From assembly GCA_963753435.1 (NCBI GenBank), contig CAVWCF010000001.1:1440001-1504000 (forward strand): 64,000 bases of DNA. The letters are read 5' to 3'. Below are positions 51,681 to 60,971 of this stretch, piece after piece. The notes beneath the pieces were generated by a model, which searched no databases, was not told the DNA's origin, and saw nothing but the letters and a program-made list of their open reading frames with translations. Position 1 is the first letter of the stretch, and each line of letters starts with the position of its first letter. The position numbers and the translations under genes were made by a program. Source of the DNA: an uncultured Actinomycetota bacterium (GTDB lineage: Bacteria > Actinomycetota > Actinomycetes > CAVWCF01).

Positions 51681-51806
51681 TTCTATTAGCCTCAACCAGT
51701 AAGAGCGGCTGGTCATTCCGTGGGAATCGGGTCCCTCATGTGAGTTGGCTCACACTCGTGGCGGCCCGGGCAGCGCGAACGGCGTTGAGCCGCCTAGCCT
51801 CATCCC

Positions 51807-51950
51807 GTGCTGAGTTCGCTACGAGGCCCGGACGGCGGTCCCGCCCTGCACACCCGCCTGATCGCCGTCGCGGTGGTCGTCGGGCTGCTGGCCCTGGCCT
51901 CCCCGGTCGTGGTCGGCCTCATCGACTGGGTCGTCAGCAGCATCGTCTGA
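51807..51950 (+). CDS. Small (47 aa) single-TM membrane protein, absent from the ORF track
   Basis: MLSSLRGPDGGPALHTRLIAVAVVVGLLALASPVVVGLIDWVVSSIV*; strong GC3 codon bias; TAGCCT-N6-GTG start. Confidence 0.65.
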   Translation: MLSSLRGPDGGPALHTRLIAVAVVVGLLALASPVVVGLIDWVVSSIV

Positions 51951-52018
51951 TCGGCGTACGCGACCGCGGACCGGCCTAGGGGATTGGCTGCAACGCAATC
52001 GCGAGGGACCATGAACGG

Positions 52019-52561
52019 ATGAGACGTCTGGCGGTTCCCTTGGTTGCCATGGGCTTGGTCCTCACCGCGTGCTCCAGCGGTGGGGAAGAGGCAGCATCAC
52101 CGACGGTCAGCGACCCCGCCTCGCCGACCTCGCCGGAAGGTTCGACGGTGACGCTTGCGGTCGGGTCGGCGACACCGGTCTCGCTCGGCTGCGAGGTCGG
52201 GTCGTTCGATGCCATCACCCCCTGGGACACCGAAATGGTTCTCACCGCAGATGACGGCGAGCTCACGCTGACCGCGGGCGACTACGTGAACGGCCCAGTC
52301 CCGATCAAGGCCGGCGAACTCCTACCGCGCGCAGCAGTCACGGTCGACGGAACCGAGTACGAACTGGTCGCGGCAGCCCCGATCGCCGATGACATCGGCA
52401 CCAACCAGCGGTTCTCTATGCCCCCGCTCACGGCGCCGTTCACCGCAACCGCCCCGGACTCGGCAGATCTGGAGTACATGCTGCTCGACCACACTGTCGT
52501 CGACATCACCTGCAGCGCGGACCGAACGCCGAACACGCCGGCCCCTACGCCGGTTGCATGA
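52019..52561 (+). CDS. Putative lipoprotein
   Basis: MRRLAVPLVAMGLVLTAC lipobox followed by a Ser/Pro-rich linker. Confidence 0.75.
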   Translation: MRRLAVPLVAMGLVLTACSSGGEEAASPTVSDPASPTSPEGSTVTLAVGSATPVSLGCEVGSFDAITPWDTEMVLTADDGELTLTAGDYVNGPVPIKAGELLPRAAVTVDGTEYELVAAAPIADDIGTNQRFSMPPLTAPFTATAPDSADLEYMLLDHTVVDITCSADRTPNTPAPTPVA

Positions 52562-52653
52562 CCGGCTGGCGACCCGCTTGCGGACAACTGCGCACCAGCC
52601 GCCGGGAGGCCGTTGCGTAGGCTGACGCGCCGGATGACTCGTCGAAAGGCGCA

Positions 52654-54849
52654 TTGGTGGACGCGACCATGACCGTCCGGCTCATCGTCGGCCTGGGAAT
52701 GACCCTCTTGGTGCTCGGGCTGGCCGCCCAACGTGTGCAGTTCCTGTACCGGCTGGTCCGAAGCGGCCAACCCGCTCCCGGCCGCTTCGACGAACAGCCC
52801 AAGGAGTTCGTCGAGGCGCAGGTCACCGAGGTGTTCGGGCAGAAGCGACTGCTGAAGTGGACGATCCCCGGCATCGCGCACGTGTTCGCGTTCTGGGGCT
52901 TCGTCGTGCTGGGCGTGGCGATCATCGAGGCGTACGGGGCGCTCTTCGACAGCGACTTCGAGATCCCGATCATCGGGGACCAGCCCTGGTTGGCCTTCCT
53001 GGTCGATCTGTTCGCGATCCTGGTCCTGGTCGGCGTCGTGATCTTCGCGGTGATCCGCCTGGTCAACAACCCGGCGAAGAAGGGTCGGCAGTCCAGGTTC
53101 TACGGGTCACACCTTGGCACCGCGTGGCTGGTCCTCTTCATGATCTTCAACGTCATCTGGACGTTGCTGCTGTTCCGCGCCGCGCAGATCAACACCGGGG
53201 TGTTCCCGTTCGAGTCCGGTGCCTTCGCCTCAGAGACCGTCGCCGGTTGGCTGGAGCCGCTGGGCGAGGAAACCAACGAGGTGCTGGAGACGGTCGGGAT
53301 CCTGGCCCACATCGGCGTGATCCTGTCCTTCCTGATCATCGTGCTGTACTCCAAGCACAGCCACATCTTCCTGGCGCCGATCAACGTCTCCTTCAAGCGG
53401 CAGCCGGCCTCGCTGGGACCGATGCTGCCGATGTACTCCGGCGACAAACTGATCGACTTCGAGGATCCGGGCGAGGACGACGTCTTCGGCCGGGGCAAGA
53501 TCGAGGACTTCACCTGGAAGGGCCTGCTGGACTTCGCCACCTGCACCGAGTGTGGGCGCTGCCAGAGCCAGTGCCCGGCCTGGAACACCGAAAAGCCGCT
53601 CAGTCCCAAGCTGCTCATCATGAGCTTGCGCGACCACGCATTCGCCAAAGCGCCGTACCTGCTTGAGCAGAACCACGGCCAGGCGCTGGCCGCCTCGTCC
53701 TTCGAGGCCAAGTCGTGGCGACCGGAGGTCGACGTCGAGGCGCTCGACCCCAAGGTCGCCGCTGAGCTGGACCGGCCGTTGGTCGGTGGCGCGGACGTCA
53801 ACGGAGTCATCGACCCGGATGTGCTGTGGTCGTGCACGACGTGCGGGGCGTGTGTTGAGCAATGCCCCGTGGACATCGAGCACGTGGATCACATCACGGA
53901 CATGCGTCGCTACCAGACGCTGATCGAAAGCGAGTTCCCCGCAGAGCTTTCGGGGCTGTTCAAGAACCTGGAGAACAAGGGCAACCCGTGGGGGATGAAC
54001 TCCTCCGACCGCATGGCCTGGGCCGAGGAACTCGACTTCGAGGTGCGCGTTGTCGAGGACCGGGTCCCCGATGACGTGGAGTGGCTGTTCTGGGTCGGCT
54101 GCGCCGGCGCGTTCGAGGATCGGGCCAAGAAGACCACGCAGGCGGTGGCCGAGTTGCTGCACATCGCCGGCGTGGAGTTCGCCGTGCTGGGCACCAACGA
54201 GACCTGTACCGGTGACTCCGCGCGCCGTTCGGGCAACGAGTTCGTCTTCCAGATGCTTGCGCAGCAGAACGTGGAGACGCTCAACGAGATCGGCGCCAAG
54301 AAGATCGTCGCCACCTGCGCGCACTGCTTCAACACATTGCGCAACGAGTACCCGCAGGTCGGCGGCAACTACGAGGTCGTCCACCACACCCAGTTGCTGA
54401 ACCGCCTGGTGCGCGAGAAGAAACTCACTCCGGTAGCACCGGTGCAGCAGAAGGTCACGTATCACGACCCGTGCTACTTGGGCCGGCACAACAAGGTCTA
54501 CTCCCCGCCGCGCGACCTGGTGCAGGCGCTGCCAGGTGTGGAGTTCGCCGAGATGCCTCGTCATGCCGACAAGGGCTTCTGTTGCGGCGCCGGGGGCGCG
54601 CGGATGTGGATGGAGGAGAAGCTCGGTACGCGGGTCAACACCAACCGCACTGAGGAGGCCATCGCCACCGGCGCGGATTCGGTGGCAGTGGGCTGCCCGT
54701 TCTGCCGCATCATGATCAGCGACGGCGTCGCGGAACTGCAGTCCGATCGCGACAAGAACGACCAGATGCAGGTGGCCGACGTCTCGCAACTACTCCTCGC
54801 CTCGGTCAAGCGCGACCAACCCGAACAGAGCGGCTCTGTTAGCGCTTAG
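52654..54849 (+). CDS. Membrane Fe-S oxidoreductase (FadF/Rv0338c-like, HdrD-type CCG domains)
   Basis: TM N-terminus, CTECGRCQSQCP, CTTCGACVEQCP, YHDPCYLGR, CCGAGG, GCPFC; exact start uncertain. Confidence 0.9.
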   Translation: MVDATMTVRLIVGLGMTLLVLGLAAQRVQFLYRLVRSGQPAPGRFDEQPKEFVEAQVTEVFGQKRLLKWTIPGIAHVFAFWGFVVLGVAIIEAYGALFDSDFEIPIIGDQPWLAFLVDLFAILVLVGVVIFAVIRLVNNPAKKGRQSRFYGSHLGTAWLVLFMIFNVIWTLLLFRAAQINTGVFPFESGAFASETVAGWLEPLGEETNEVLETVGILAHIGVILSFLIIVLYSKHSHIFLAPINVSFKRQPASLGPMLPMYSGDKLIDFEDPGEDDVFGRGKIEDFTWKGLLDFATCTECGRCQSQCPAWNTEKPLSPKLLIMSLRDHAFAKAPYLLEQNHGQALAASSFEAKSWRPEVDVEALDPKVAAELDRPLVGGADVNGVIDPDVLWSCTTCGACVEQCPVDIEHVDHITDMRRYQTLIESEFPAELSGLFKNLENKGNPWGMNSSDRMAWAEELDFEVRVVEDRVPDDVEWLFWVGCAGAFEDRAKKTTQAVAELLHIAGVEFAVLGTNETCTGDSARRSGNEFVFQMLAQQNVETLNEIGAKKIVATCAHCFNTLRNEYPQVGGNYEVVHHTQLLNRLVREKKLTPVAPVQQKVTYHDPCYLGRHNKVYSPPRDLVQALPGVEFAEMPRHADKGFCCGAGGARMWMEEKLGTRVNTNRTEEAIATGADSVAVGCPFCRIMISDGVAELQSDRDKNDQMQVADVSQLLLASVKRDQPEQSGSVSA

Positions 54850-54887
54850 CCGCAATTTGCACGCACAGTTGCTTCGGAAGGTGGCCA

Positions 54888-55502
54888 GTGAGCGAGCACT
54901 GGGACGACGTCTACGCGAACAAAGCTGACGCCGAGACGAGTTGGTTCCAGTCCGAGCCGTCCACGTCGCTGGAAGCGCTGGACGCCCTAGGCGTCGTCCC
55001 GAGCCAGTCGGTGATCGACGTGGGCGGCGGGCGCTCGCACCTTGTGGACTCCCTGGTCGAACGGGGGCACCACGACCTCACCGTGGTGGACATCAGCGCG
55101 GTTGCGTTGCAGGGAGTGCAGGACCGGTTGCCGCAGGCCGCCATATCGAGAGTGCTTGCCGATGCCAGCACGTGGGAACCGCAGCGGACGTTCGATGTGT
55201 GGCACGACCGAGCGGCCTTCCATTTCCTGACCGATCCGAGCCACCGGCGGGGCTACTTCGCCGCCATGACTCGTGCGCTGCATCCGGACAGCGTCGTCGT
55301 GATCGCCACATTCGCTGACGACGGGCCGGAGCAGTGCTCGGGGCTGCCGGTCTCCCGGTACAGCCCCGAGCAACTTGCGGAAACAATCGCTGCCGGAATC
55401 GGACACAAGTCCGAGGTACAGCTGAGTCGGCGGGTGGATCACCGCACCCCTTGGGACGCGGTTCAACCGTTCGCCTGGGTGGGCTTGCGGGTCACCGCTT
55501 GA
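54888..55502 (+). CDS. Class I SAM-dependent methyltransferase
   Basis: HWDDVY, IDVGGG, VWHDRAAFHFL, GPEQCSGLPV. Confidence 0.88.
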   Translation: MSEHWDDVYANKADAETSWFQSEPSTSLEALDALGVVPSQSVIDVGGGRSHLVDSLVERGHHDLTVVDISAVALQGVQDRLPQAAISRVLADASTWEPQRTFDVWHDRAAFHFLTDPSHRRGYFAAMTRALHPDSVVVIATFADDGPEQCSGLPVSRYSPEQLAETIAAGIGHKSEVQLSRRVDHRTPWDAVQPFAWVGLRVTA

Positions 55503-55905
55503 CGGTTGCGGTCACCTCGCCGGAGAAGGTCACGTCGATCAGTTGGCCCAGTTCCTCGTCGTACACGTTGTACTGGGACGCGGAGAAGGTGCATTCCGTA
55601 ACGTCGCGGCCGCTCTGCTGCGCCTTCTTGGCGACGGACCCCTCGTCGCTGAAGGAGTCGATCACGTTGGTGGTGCCCGGCTCGTAGGCAGTTGCACTGA
55701 ACGTGCCGAAGGCGATGGGAACAAAGACGGTCCCATCCGCGGCCAGAGCCGGAGTCCATTGGCCTCTCCCGGTACCGACGACGGTTCCGTCGAAGCCGTT
55801 GTCGCACGTCAACTGGAACGTTTCCTTCTCGGCCGCAGAAGCGGGTGCCGCGAGCCCGGTGACAACTAGTGCAGCGCTGGCGGCAACAAGGGCGAACTTG
55901 AGCAT
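55492..55905 (-). CDS. Secreted hypothetical protein
   Basis: Signal peptide ending APASA-A, two Cys, GGAGG RBS before ATG 55905. Confidence 0.7.
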   Translation of the reverse strand: MLKFALVAASAALVVTGLAAPASAAEKETFQLTCDNGFDGTVVGTGRGQWTPALAADGTVFVPIAFGTFSATAYEPGTTNVIDSFSDEGSVAKKAQQSGRDVTECTFSASQYNVYDEELGQLIDVTFSGEVTATVKR

Positions 55906-55998
55906 GGGTGTCCCCTCCATTGCGGCGACCTAGGTCGCCGGGACGGGCGGTACTGCCCGTCTCCTACTTGTCGTGGCGGAGCGGGCAGTTGGTTCCGG

Positions 55999-56583
55999 CT
56001 AGTCGCCGGTGATCTCGGTGCGGTGGAAGTTCAGGAAGCTGCGGCTGGGCGTGGGTCCGCGCTGGCCTTGGTACCGGGAGCCGTAGACCTGTGACCCGTA
56101 CGGGTGTTCTGCCGGTGACGACAGCCGGAAGAGGCACAACTGGCCGATCTTCATGCCGGGCCACAACTTGATCGGCAGCGTCGCGACGTTGCTCAACTCC
56201 AATGTCACGTGGCCGCTGAACCCGGGGTCGATGAAGCCGGCGGTGGAGTGCGTCAGCAGACCCAGCCGCCCCAGCGAGGACTTGCCCTCCAGCCGGCCGG
56301 CCACATCGTCGGGCAGCGTGATGACCTCGTACGTCGACGCCAGCGCGAACTCTCCAGGGTGCAGGATGAATGGTTCGTCGCTGTTGGCCTCGACCATTCT
56401 GGTGAGGTCGGGCTGCTCGACGGATGGGTCGATGTGCGGGTAGCGGTGGTTCTCGAAGACACGGAAGAAGCGGTCCAGGCGAACGTCGACGCTGGACGGC
56501 TGGACCATTGCCGCGTCGAACGGCTCAACCCCTACACGGCCGGCGTCAACTTCTGCGCGGATATCGCGGTCGGACAGCAGCAT
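55999..56583 (-). CDS. dcd: dCTP deaminase
   Basis: [38 protein letters not shown]. Confidence 0.97.
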   Translation of the reverse strand: MLLSDRDIRAEVDAGRVGVEPFDAAMVQPSSVDVRLDRFFRVFENHRYPHIDPSVEQPDLTRMVEANSDEPFILHPGEFALASTYEVITLPDDVAGRLEGKSSLGRLGLLTHSTAGFIDPGFSGHVTLELSNVATLPIKLWPGMKIGQLCLFRLSSPAEHPYGSQVYGSRYQGQRGPTPSRSFLNFHRTEITGD

Positions 56584-56693
56584 GCGCGGAGGCTACCGGC
56601 GGGTGGTGTGGCCCTCACGGTTGCCCGATGGGGCGCGCGCCGGACCGCCGATATCGGGCATACTCTGCTCATTCCCGACATGAAGTCGGCTGC

Positions 56694-56767
56694 GCGGGTG
56701 TAGTTCAATGGTAGAACTTCAGCTTCCCAAGCTGACAGTGCGAGTTCGATTCTCGTCACCCGCTCCA
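56694..56767 (+). tRNA. tRNA-Gly (anticodon CCC)
   Basis: Acceptor stem GCGGGTG/CACCCGC + T + CCA; anticodon arm TCAGC-TTCCCAA-GCTGA; T-loop GTTCGAT. Confidence 0.97.
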
Positions 56768-56823
56768 CGTCCGGGCTTGGTCCGGCATTCGGCCCGGGAC
56801 ACGTCCCTCCAGGCGAGGTCCAC

Positions 56824-57279
56824 ATGCAGGTACGGCAAGCCAACTCTGATGACGCCGCTGACATCGCCCGGCTTCTGGTCGACTTCAACAACGAGTTCGA
56901 CACTCCGACGCCGCAGCCGCAGGTCCTCGCCGAGCGCCTCCGGACGCTGCTGACCGAGCCGACCACCGCGGCCTTCCTTGTGGGTGACCCGCCCATCGGT
57001 TTGGCGTTGCTGACCGCCCGCCCCAACGTCTGGCATGACGGGCCGGTGACCTTGTTGGACGAGTTGTATGTAGCGCCGGCTCACCGCAACCAGGGCCTGG
57101 GTTCCGGACTGCTGGCCGCCGCCGAAGCGTGGACGCGCAGCATCGGCGGATCCCTCCTGGAGATCGACGTCGACGGCGCCGACTCCGACGCGCGGCGCTT
57201 CTACGAGCGGCATGGCTACGGCTGTGTGCCGCCGGGGGAGCCGGAGCCGAGCTTGCGCTACTACCGCGAGTTGGGCTGA
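56824..57279 (+). CDS. GNAT-family acetyltransferase
   Basis: LDELYV..HRNQGLG acetyl-CoA motif, ARRFYERHG. Confidence 0.9.
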   Translation: MQVRQANSDDAADIARLLVDFNNEFDTPTPQPQVLAERLRTLLTEPTTAAFLVGDPPIGLALLTARPNVWHDGPVTLLDELYVAPAHRNQGLGSGLLAAAEAWTRSIGGSLLEIDVDGADSDARRFYERHGYGCVPPGEPEPSLRYYRELG

Positions 57280-57285
57280 GGCGTA

Positions 57286-57642
57286 CTACTCCGGCTGACC
57301 GCTCAGGACGATGGCAAGGTCGGCAAGCGCTGCTGGTTCGACTCGGTAGTACGTCCAGGTGCCCCGGCGCTCAGCGGACACCAGCCCGGCCTCGGCCAGG
57401 CGGCGCAGGTGGTGCGTGACCGTCGGCTGGGTCAACCCCATCTCCTCGGTCACGTCGCATGTGCACGCCTCGCCGTCTTCGTAGGACATCAGCAGCGACA
57501 GCAGGCGCAGGCGGGCCGGATCCCCAAGAGCCTTGAACCTCTGGGCCAGTTGTCCCGCTTCCGCTGTTGTCAGCGGGGCATCAACGAGCGGGGCGCAGCA
57601 GGCGGTGGCTATTGCCTGCACGACTGGCAAGGGTTTCGGCAC
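57286..57642 (-). CDS. ArsR/SmtB metalloregulator
   Basis: N-terminal CC, FKALGDPARLRLL, ACTCD, TQPTVTHHL, RRGTWTYY. Confidence 0.92.
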   Translation of the reverse strand: MPKPLPVVQAIATACCAPLVDAPLTTAEAGQLAQRFKALGDPARLRLLSLLMSYEDGEACTCDVTEEMGLTQPTVTHHLRRLAEAGLVSAERRGTWTYYRVEPAALADLAIVLSGQPE

Positions 57643-57662
57643 GACCGGAGTCTCTCATGGAA

Positions 57663-57734
57663 ATAGATGACTGTCTATGGTTGACAAGACCTGCGAGATG
57701 GCTCACTGTAGGCGCCACATAGACATCCATCAAT
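57663..57734. promoter_or_regulatory. Two ArsR-type operators flanking a housekeeping-sigma promoter for arsI
   Basis: ATAGATGACTGTCTAT (57663-57678) and inverted copy ATAGACATCCATCAAT (57719-57734); TTGACA (57681)-N17-CACTGT. Confidence 0.65.
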
Positions 57735-57747
57735 TACAAGGAGCGCA

Positions 57748-58194
57748 ATGTCGAACGCACGTGTCCAGTTGGCTCTCAACGTCGCCGACATCGATGAGTC
57801 GGTCGACTTCTACTCCCGACTCTTCAACACACAGCCGGCGAAGCTGCGGCCGGGTTACGCCAATTTTGACGTAGCCGAGCCCCCGCTGAAGTTGGTGCTC
57901 ATTCAAGGTGGCGAGCCGGGCTCGCTGAACCACCTCGGCGTTCAGGTCGGCGACCCCGCCACGGTGGCCGAGGCGGCCGAGCGACTTGCTGCCGCGGGAA
58001 TGGCCACTCGTATGGAAGAGGAGTCCACCTGCTGCTACGCCGTACAGGACAAGGTGTGGGTGGCCGGTCCTGGTGGTGAGCAGTGGGAGGTCTACACGGT
58101 GCTCGATGACGCCGGTTCGGAGTACGAGGGGACGACGCAACTGTCCGGGGGAGCCCGCCCGCCGCTGGAATTGACCGGAACCGGCTGCTGCTGA
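57748..58194 (+). CDS. ArsI/CadI-family VOC metalloenzyme (C-As lyase-like)
   Basis: RVQLALNV, PGYANF..PPLKLVL, LNHLG, TCCYAVQDKVWV, C-terminal CC. Confidence 0.9.
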   Translation: MSNARVQLALNVADIDESVDFYSRLFNTQPAKLRPGYANFDVAEPPLKLVLIQGGEPGSLNHLGVQVGDPATVAEAAERLAAAGMATRMEEESTCCYAVQDKVWVAGPGGEQWEVYTVLDDAGSEYEGTTQLSGGARPPLELTGTGCC

Positions 58195-58216
58195 GCCGGC
58201 ACGGACCAGCCAGCGA

Positions 58217-58612
58217 CTAGCGCGAGCGGCCCACCAGCCCGTCCAGGAGCCGCATGGCTTCCGTCGCCCTATCGGCGGGCACGAACAGGTGGTCGTGGAA
58301 GTAGCCGGCGATCACGTTGCAGCTCATCCCGGCGTCGGCCAACTCGGTAGCGACGGCGGCCGTCAGCCCGACCGCTTCGAGCGCCGAATGCACCTGGAGC
58401 GTGATCATCGCCGCGACGAAGTCGTACGGCAGACCGGCGGCGTCGGCGTCTTCGCGTCTAAGGACGAGGGTCAGTCCTTCGACCTCGCGCACTGTGGCTA
58501 CAGGTTCGAGTCCCGGTGGCGTGTCGTCCACCGACACGAACACGTAGGAGTCGGGCCGCAACTGCGGTCGCATTGTCTGCAGCAACTTGCGGATGTCGGT
58601 CTCGCCGCTCAT
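58217..58612 (-). CDS. ACT-domain protein (DUF2241-like)
   Basis: MSGETDI..LL..MRP, VHSALEAVGLTA, CNVIAGYFHDHLFV. Confidence 0.85.
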   Translation of the reverse strand: MSGETDIRKLLQTMRPQLRPDSYVFVSVDDTPPGLEPVATVREVEGLTLVLRREDADAAGLPYDFVAAMITLQVHSALEAVGLTAAVATELADAGMSCNVIAGYFHDHLFVPADRATEAMRLLDGLVGRSR

Positions 58613-58647
58613 GCCCCCAGCATGGCGGCTCACACCGGTACCGGGCG

Positions 58648-58860
58648 ATCCTGGCCCACCTGATGGGCCTGTATGCCGACGCGGGGCTGGAGCAGGATTT
58701 CCGGGAGCGCTGGAGTCCGCCGTCCGGTAGGGCCTTGGACATGGGCAAGTCGTGTGTCCGGTTCCGGCGGATCGAGGACGCCGATCTGCCGCTGCTGGGC
58801 GAGATGGTCGCCGCGGTCGGGGTCGACCCGTTCCTGAAGTACTACGAATCGGTGCGCTAG
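58648..58860 (+). pseudogene. C-terminal remnant of a DUF1801-like gene
   Basis: LMGLYAD...LDMGKSCVRFRRIED..L; the N-terminal half is missing and the divergent ACT gene lies immediately upstream. Confidence 0.6.
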
Positions 58861-58925
58861 CCCACGACAGGCCCCCGCCGCGCGGCTGCGGAGTTTCCAC
58901 CTTGCCGCGTGCGCCCACTTGCGTT

Positions 58926-58966
58926 TGTTACCGCTCGGTAGCATCATTGGTTACCGGCGAGTAACA
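58926..58966. promoter_or_regulatory. Tandem 18-bp palindromic operators upstream of the acyl-CoA dehydrogenase
   Basis: TGTTACCGCTCGGTAGCA (58926) and GGTTACCGGCGAGTAACA (58949). Confidence 0.65.
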
Positions 58967-59003
58967 TAGCCGGGCATGGTCGTCACATGGGAGGAGCGGC
59001 CTC

Positions 59004-60833
59004 ATGGGCCACTACAAGTCGAACCTTCGCGACATCGAGTTCAACCTCTTTGAGGTGTTGCAGCGGGAAGCCGTCTTCGGGACCGGCCCGTTCGCCGAAA
59101 TGGACGCGGAGACCGCGCGCACCGTTCTGCATGAGGTGGAGGCCCTGGTCTCCGGGCCCGTCGCCGACGCCTGGGCTGACGCGGACCGCAACCCGCCCGT
59201 CTACGACGCCGAGTCCAAGTCCGTGACCATGCCGGAGGCATTCAAGGCCGCCTACCGCACGTGGATGGACGCGGAGTGGTGGCGCATGGAGCTTCCGACA
59301 CACCTGGGCGGCATCGCCGCGCCACCGAGCCTGCGCTGGGCGGCGGCGGAGATGCCGTTGGGTGGAAACCCGGCGCTGTTCATGTACTCCTCCGGACCGG
59401 CTTTCGCCGCGATGCTCGACCACCTGGGTACCGACGAGCAGAAGAAGCTGGCCGGCTGGATGATCGAGAAGTCCTGGGGCGCAACGATGGTGCTGACGGA
59501 GCCGGACGCTGGCTCCGACGTCGGCGCCGGTCGAGCCAAGGCCGTGCAACAGGACGACGGGAGCTGGCACATCACCGGCGTCAAGAGGTTCATCACCTCC
59601 GGTGAGCACGACATGGCCGACAACATCGTGCACCTGGTGCTGGCGCGCCCGGAGGGCGCCGGTGCCGGTACCAAGGGCTTGTCGCTGTTCACGGTCCCGA
59701 AGTTCAACGTCGACTTGGAAACCGGTGAGTTGACCGGTCGCAACGGCGTTTACGCCACCAACGTCGAGAAGAAGATGGGGCTGAAGGCATCCACCACTTG
59801 TGAACTGACGTTCGGTGAGAAGGAACCGGCCGTCGGTTCGCTCGTCGGCGATGTGCACGACGGCATCGCCCAGATGTTCATGGTCATCGAGTACGCCCGC
59901 ATGCTCGTCGGCACGAAGGCGATCTCCACGCTTTCGACCGGCTACCTGAACGCGCTGGAGTACGCCAAGGAGCGCGTGCAGGGCGCGGACATGACGCAGA
60001 TGCTGGACAAGACGGCCCCGCGCGTCACCGTCATGCATCACCCGGACGTCCGGCGTTCGCTGATGCTGCAGAAGGCCTACGCCGAAGGCATGCGCGCGCT
60101 GGTCCTCTACACCGCCACCTGGCAGGACGCGGTTACGTTGGCCAAGGCCGCCGGTGAGGACGCGGACACCGCGGAGCGGATGAACGACTTGCTGCTGCCG
60201 ATCGTCAAGGGCGTCGGCTCGGAGCGTGCTTACGAAATGTTGGCGCAGAGCCTGCAGACTCTCGGCGGCTCGGGCTACCTGCAGGACTACCCGATCGAGC
60301 AGTACCTGCGCGACGCCAAGATCGACACCTTGTACGAGGGCACCACGGCGATTCAGGGCCTGGACCTGTTCTTCCGCAAGATGGTCCGCGACCAGTTCCG
60401 CTCCGTTGCGCTGTTGGCCGGGGACATCACCGAGTTCGTCAAGTCCGACGCCGGCAACGGCAAGCTGGCTACCGAGCGGGAGTTGCTCGGCAGGGCACTT
60501 GAGGACGTTCAGGGCATCCTCGGTGCGCTGGGCGGCTTCGCGATGAAGTCCCAGGAACAGCCGACGGAGATCTACAAGGTCGGGCAGAACACGACGCGGC
60601 TGCTGATGGCCGCCGGTGACCTGGTGATCGGCTGGCTGTTGCTACGGCAGGCGCAGGTGGCCCTGGCCGCCCTTGATGGCGAACCGTCGGAATCCGACCG
60701 CGACTTCTACACCGGCAAGGTGGCCGTGGCGAAGTTCTTCGCTCGCACGGTGCTGCCCCGGTTGAGCGCAGAGCGCGCCGTGGCCGAGGCCACGGACAAC
60801 GACCTGATGGACGTCCCCGAGTCAGCGTTCTAA
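59004..60833 (+). CDS. Acyl-CoA dehydrogenase, FadE5-like
   Basis: [54 protein letters not shown]. Confidence 0.93.
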   Translation: MGHYKSNLRDIEFNLFEVLQREAVFGTGPFAEMDAETARTVLHEVEALVSGPVADAWADADRNPPVYDAESKSVTMPEAFKAAYRTWMDAEWWRMELPTHLGGIAAPPSLRWAAAEMPLGGNPALFMYSSGPAFAAMLDHLGTDEQKKLAGWMIEKSWGATMVLTEPDAGSDVGAGRAKAVQQDDGSWHITGVKRFITSGEHDMADNIVHLVLARPEGAGAGTKGLSLFTVPKFNVDLETGELTGRNGVYATNVEKKMGLKASTTCELTFGEKEPAVGSLVGDVHDGIAQMFMVIEYARMLVGTKAISTLSTGYLNALEYAKERVQGADMTQMLDKTAPRVTVMHHPDVRRSLMLQKAYAEGMRALVLYTATWQDAVTLAKAAGEDADTAERMNDLLLPIVKGVGSERAYEMLAQSLQTLGGSGYLQDYPIEQYLRDAKIDTLYEGTTAIQGLDLFFRKMVRDQFRSVALLAGDITEFVKSDAGNGKLATERELLGRALEDVQGILGALGGFAMKSQEQPTEIYKVGQNTTRLLMAAGDLVIGWLLLRQAQVALAALDGEPSESDRDFYTGKVAVAKFFARTVLPRLSAERAVAEATDNDLMDVPESAF

Positions 60834-60872
60834 CCCGAGCACACCAACCGAAACACGCAGACCCCTCCGACA

Positions 60873-60944
60873 CCCCGCGGCACCGTCACCCCCCCAAGGT
60901 GCCGCGGGGCCGAAGGCCCCCGCTCCTCCCAGCGGGGGCCTTCG
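60873..60944. terminator. Tandem hairpins, probable bidirectional terminator
   Basis: 12-bp stem CCCCGCGGCACC/GGTGCCGCGGGG then 14-bp stem CGAAGGCCCCCGCT/AGCGGGGGCCTTCG between convergent genes. Confidence 0.75.
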
Positions 60945-60971
60945 TATGTGTGGGTCTGGGCGAAGCGCTGG

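Noticed and set aside
56694-58860. Prophage or integrative element at tRNA-Gly
   Set aside because: No integrase, transposase or direct repeat of the tRNA 3' end seen in the window
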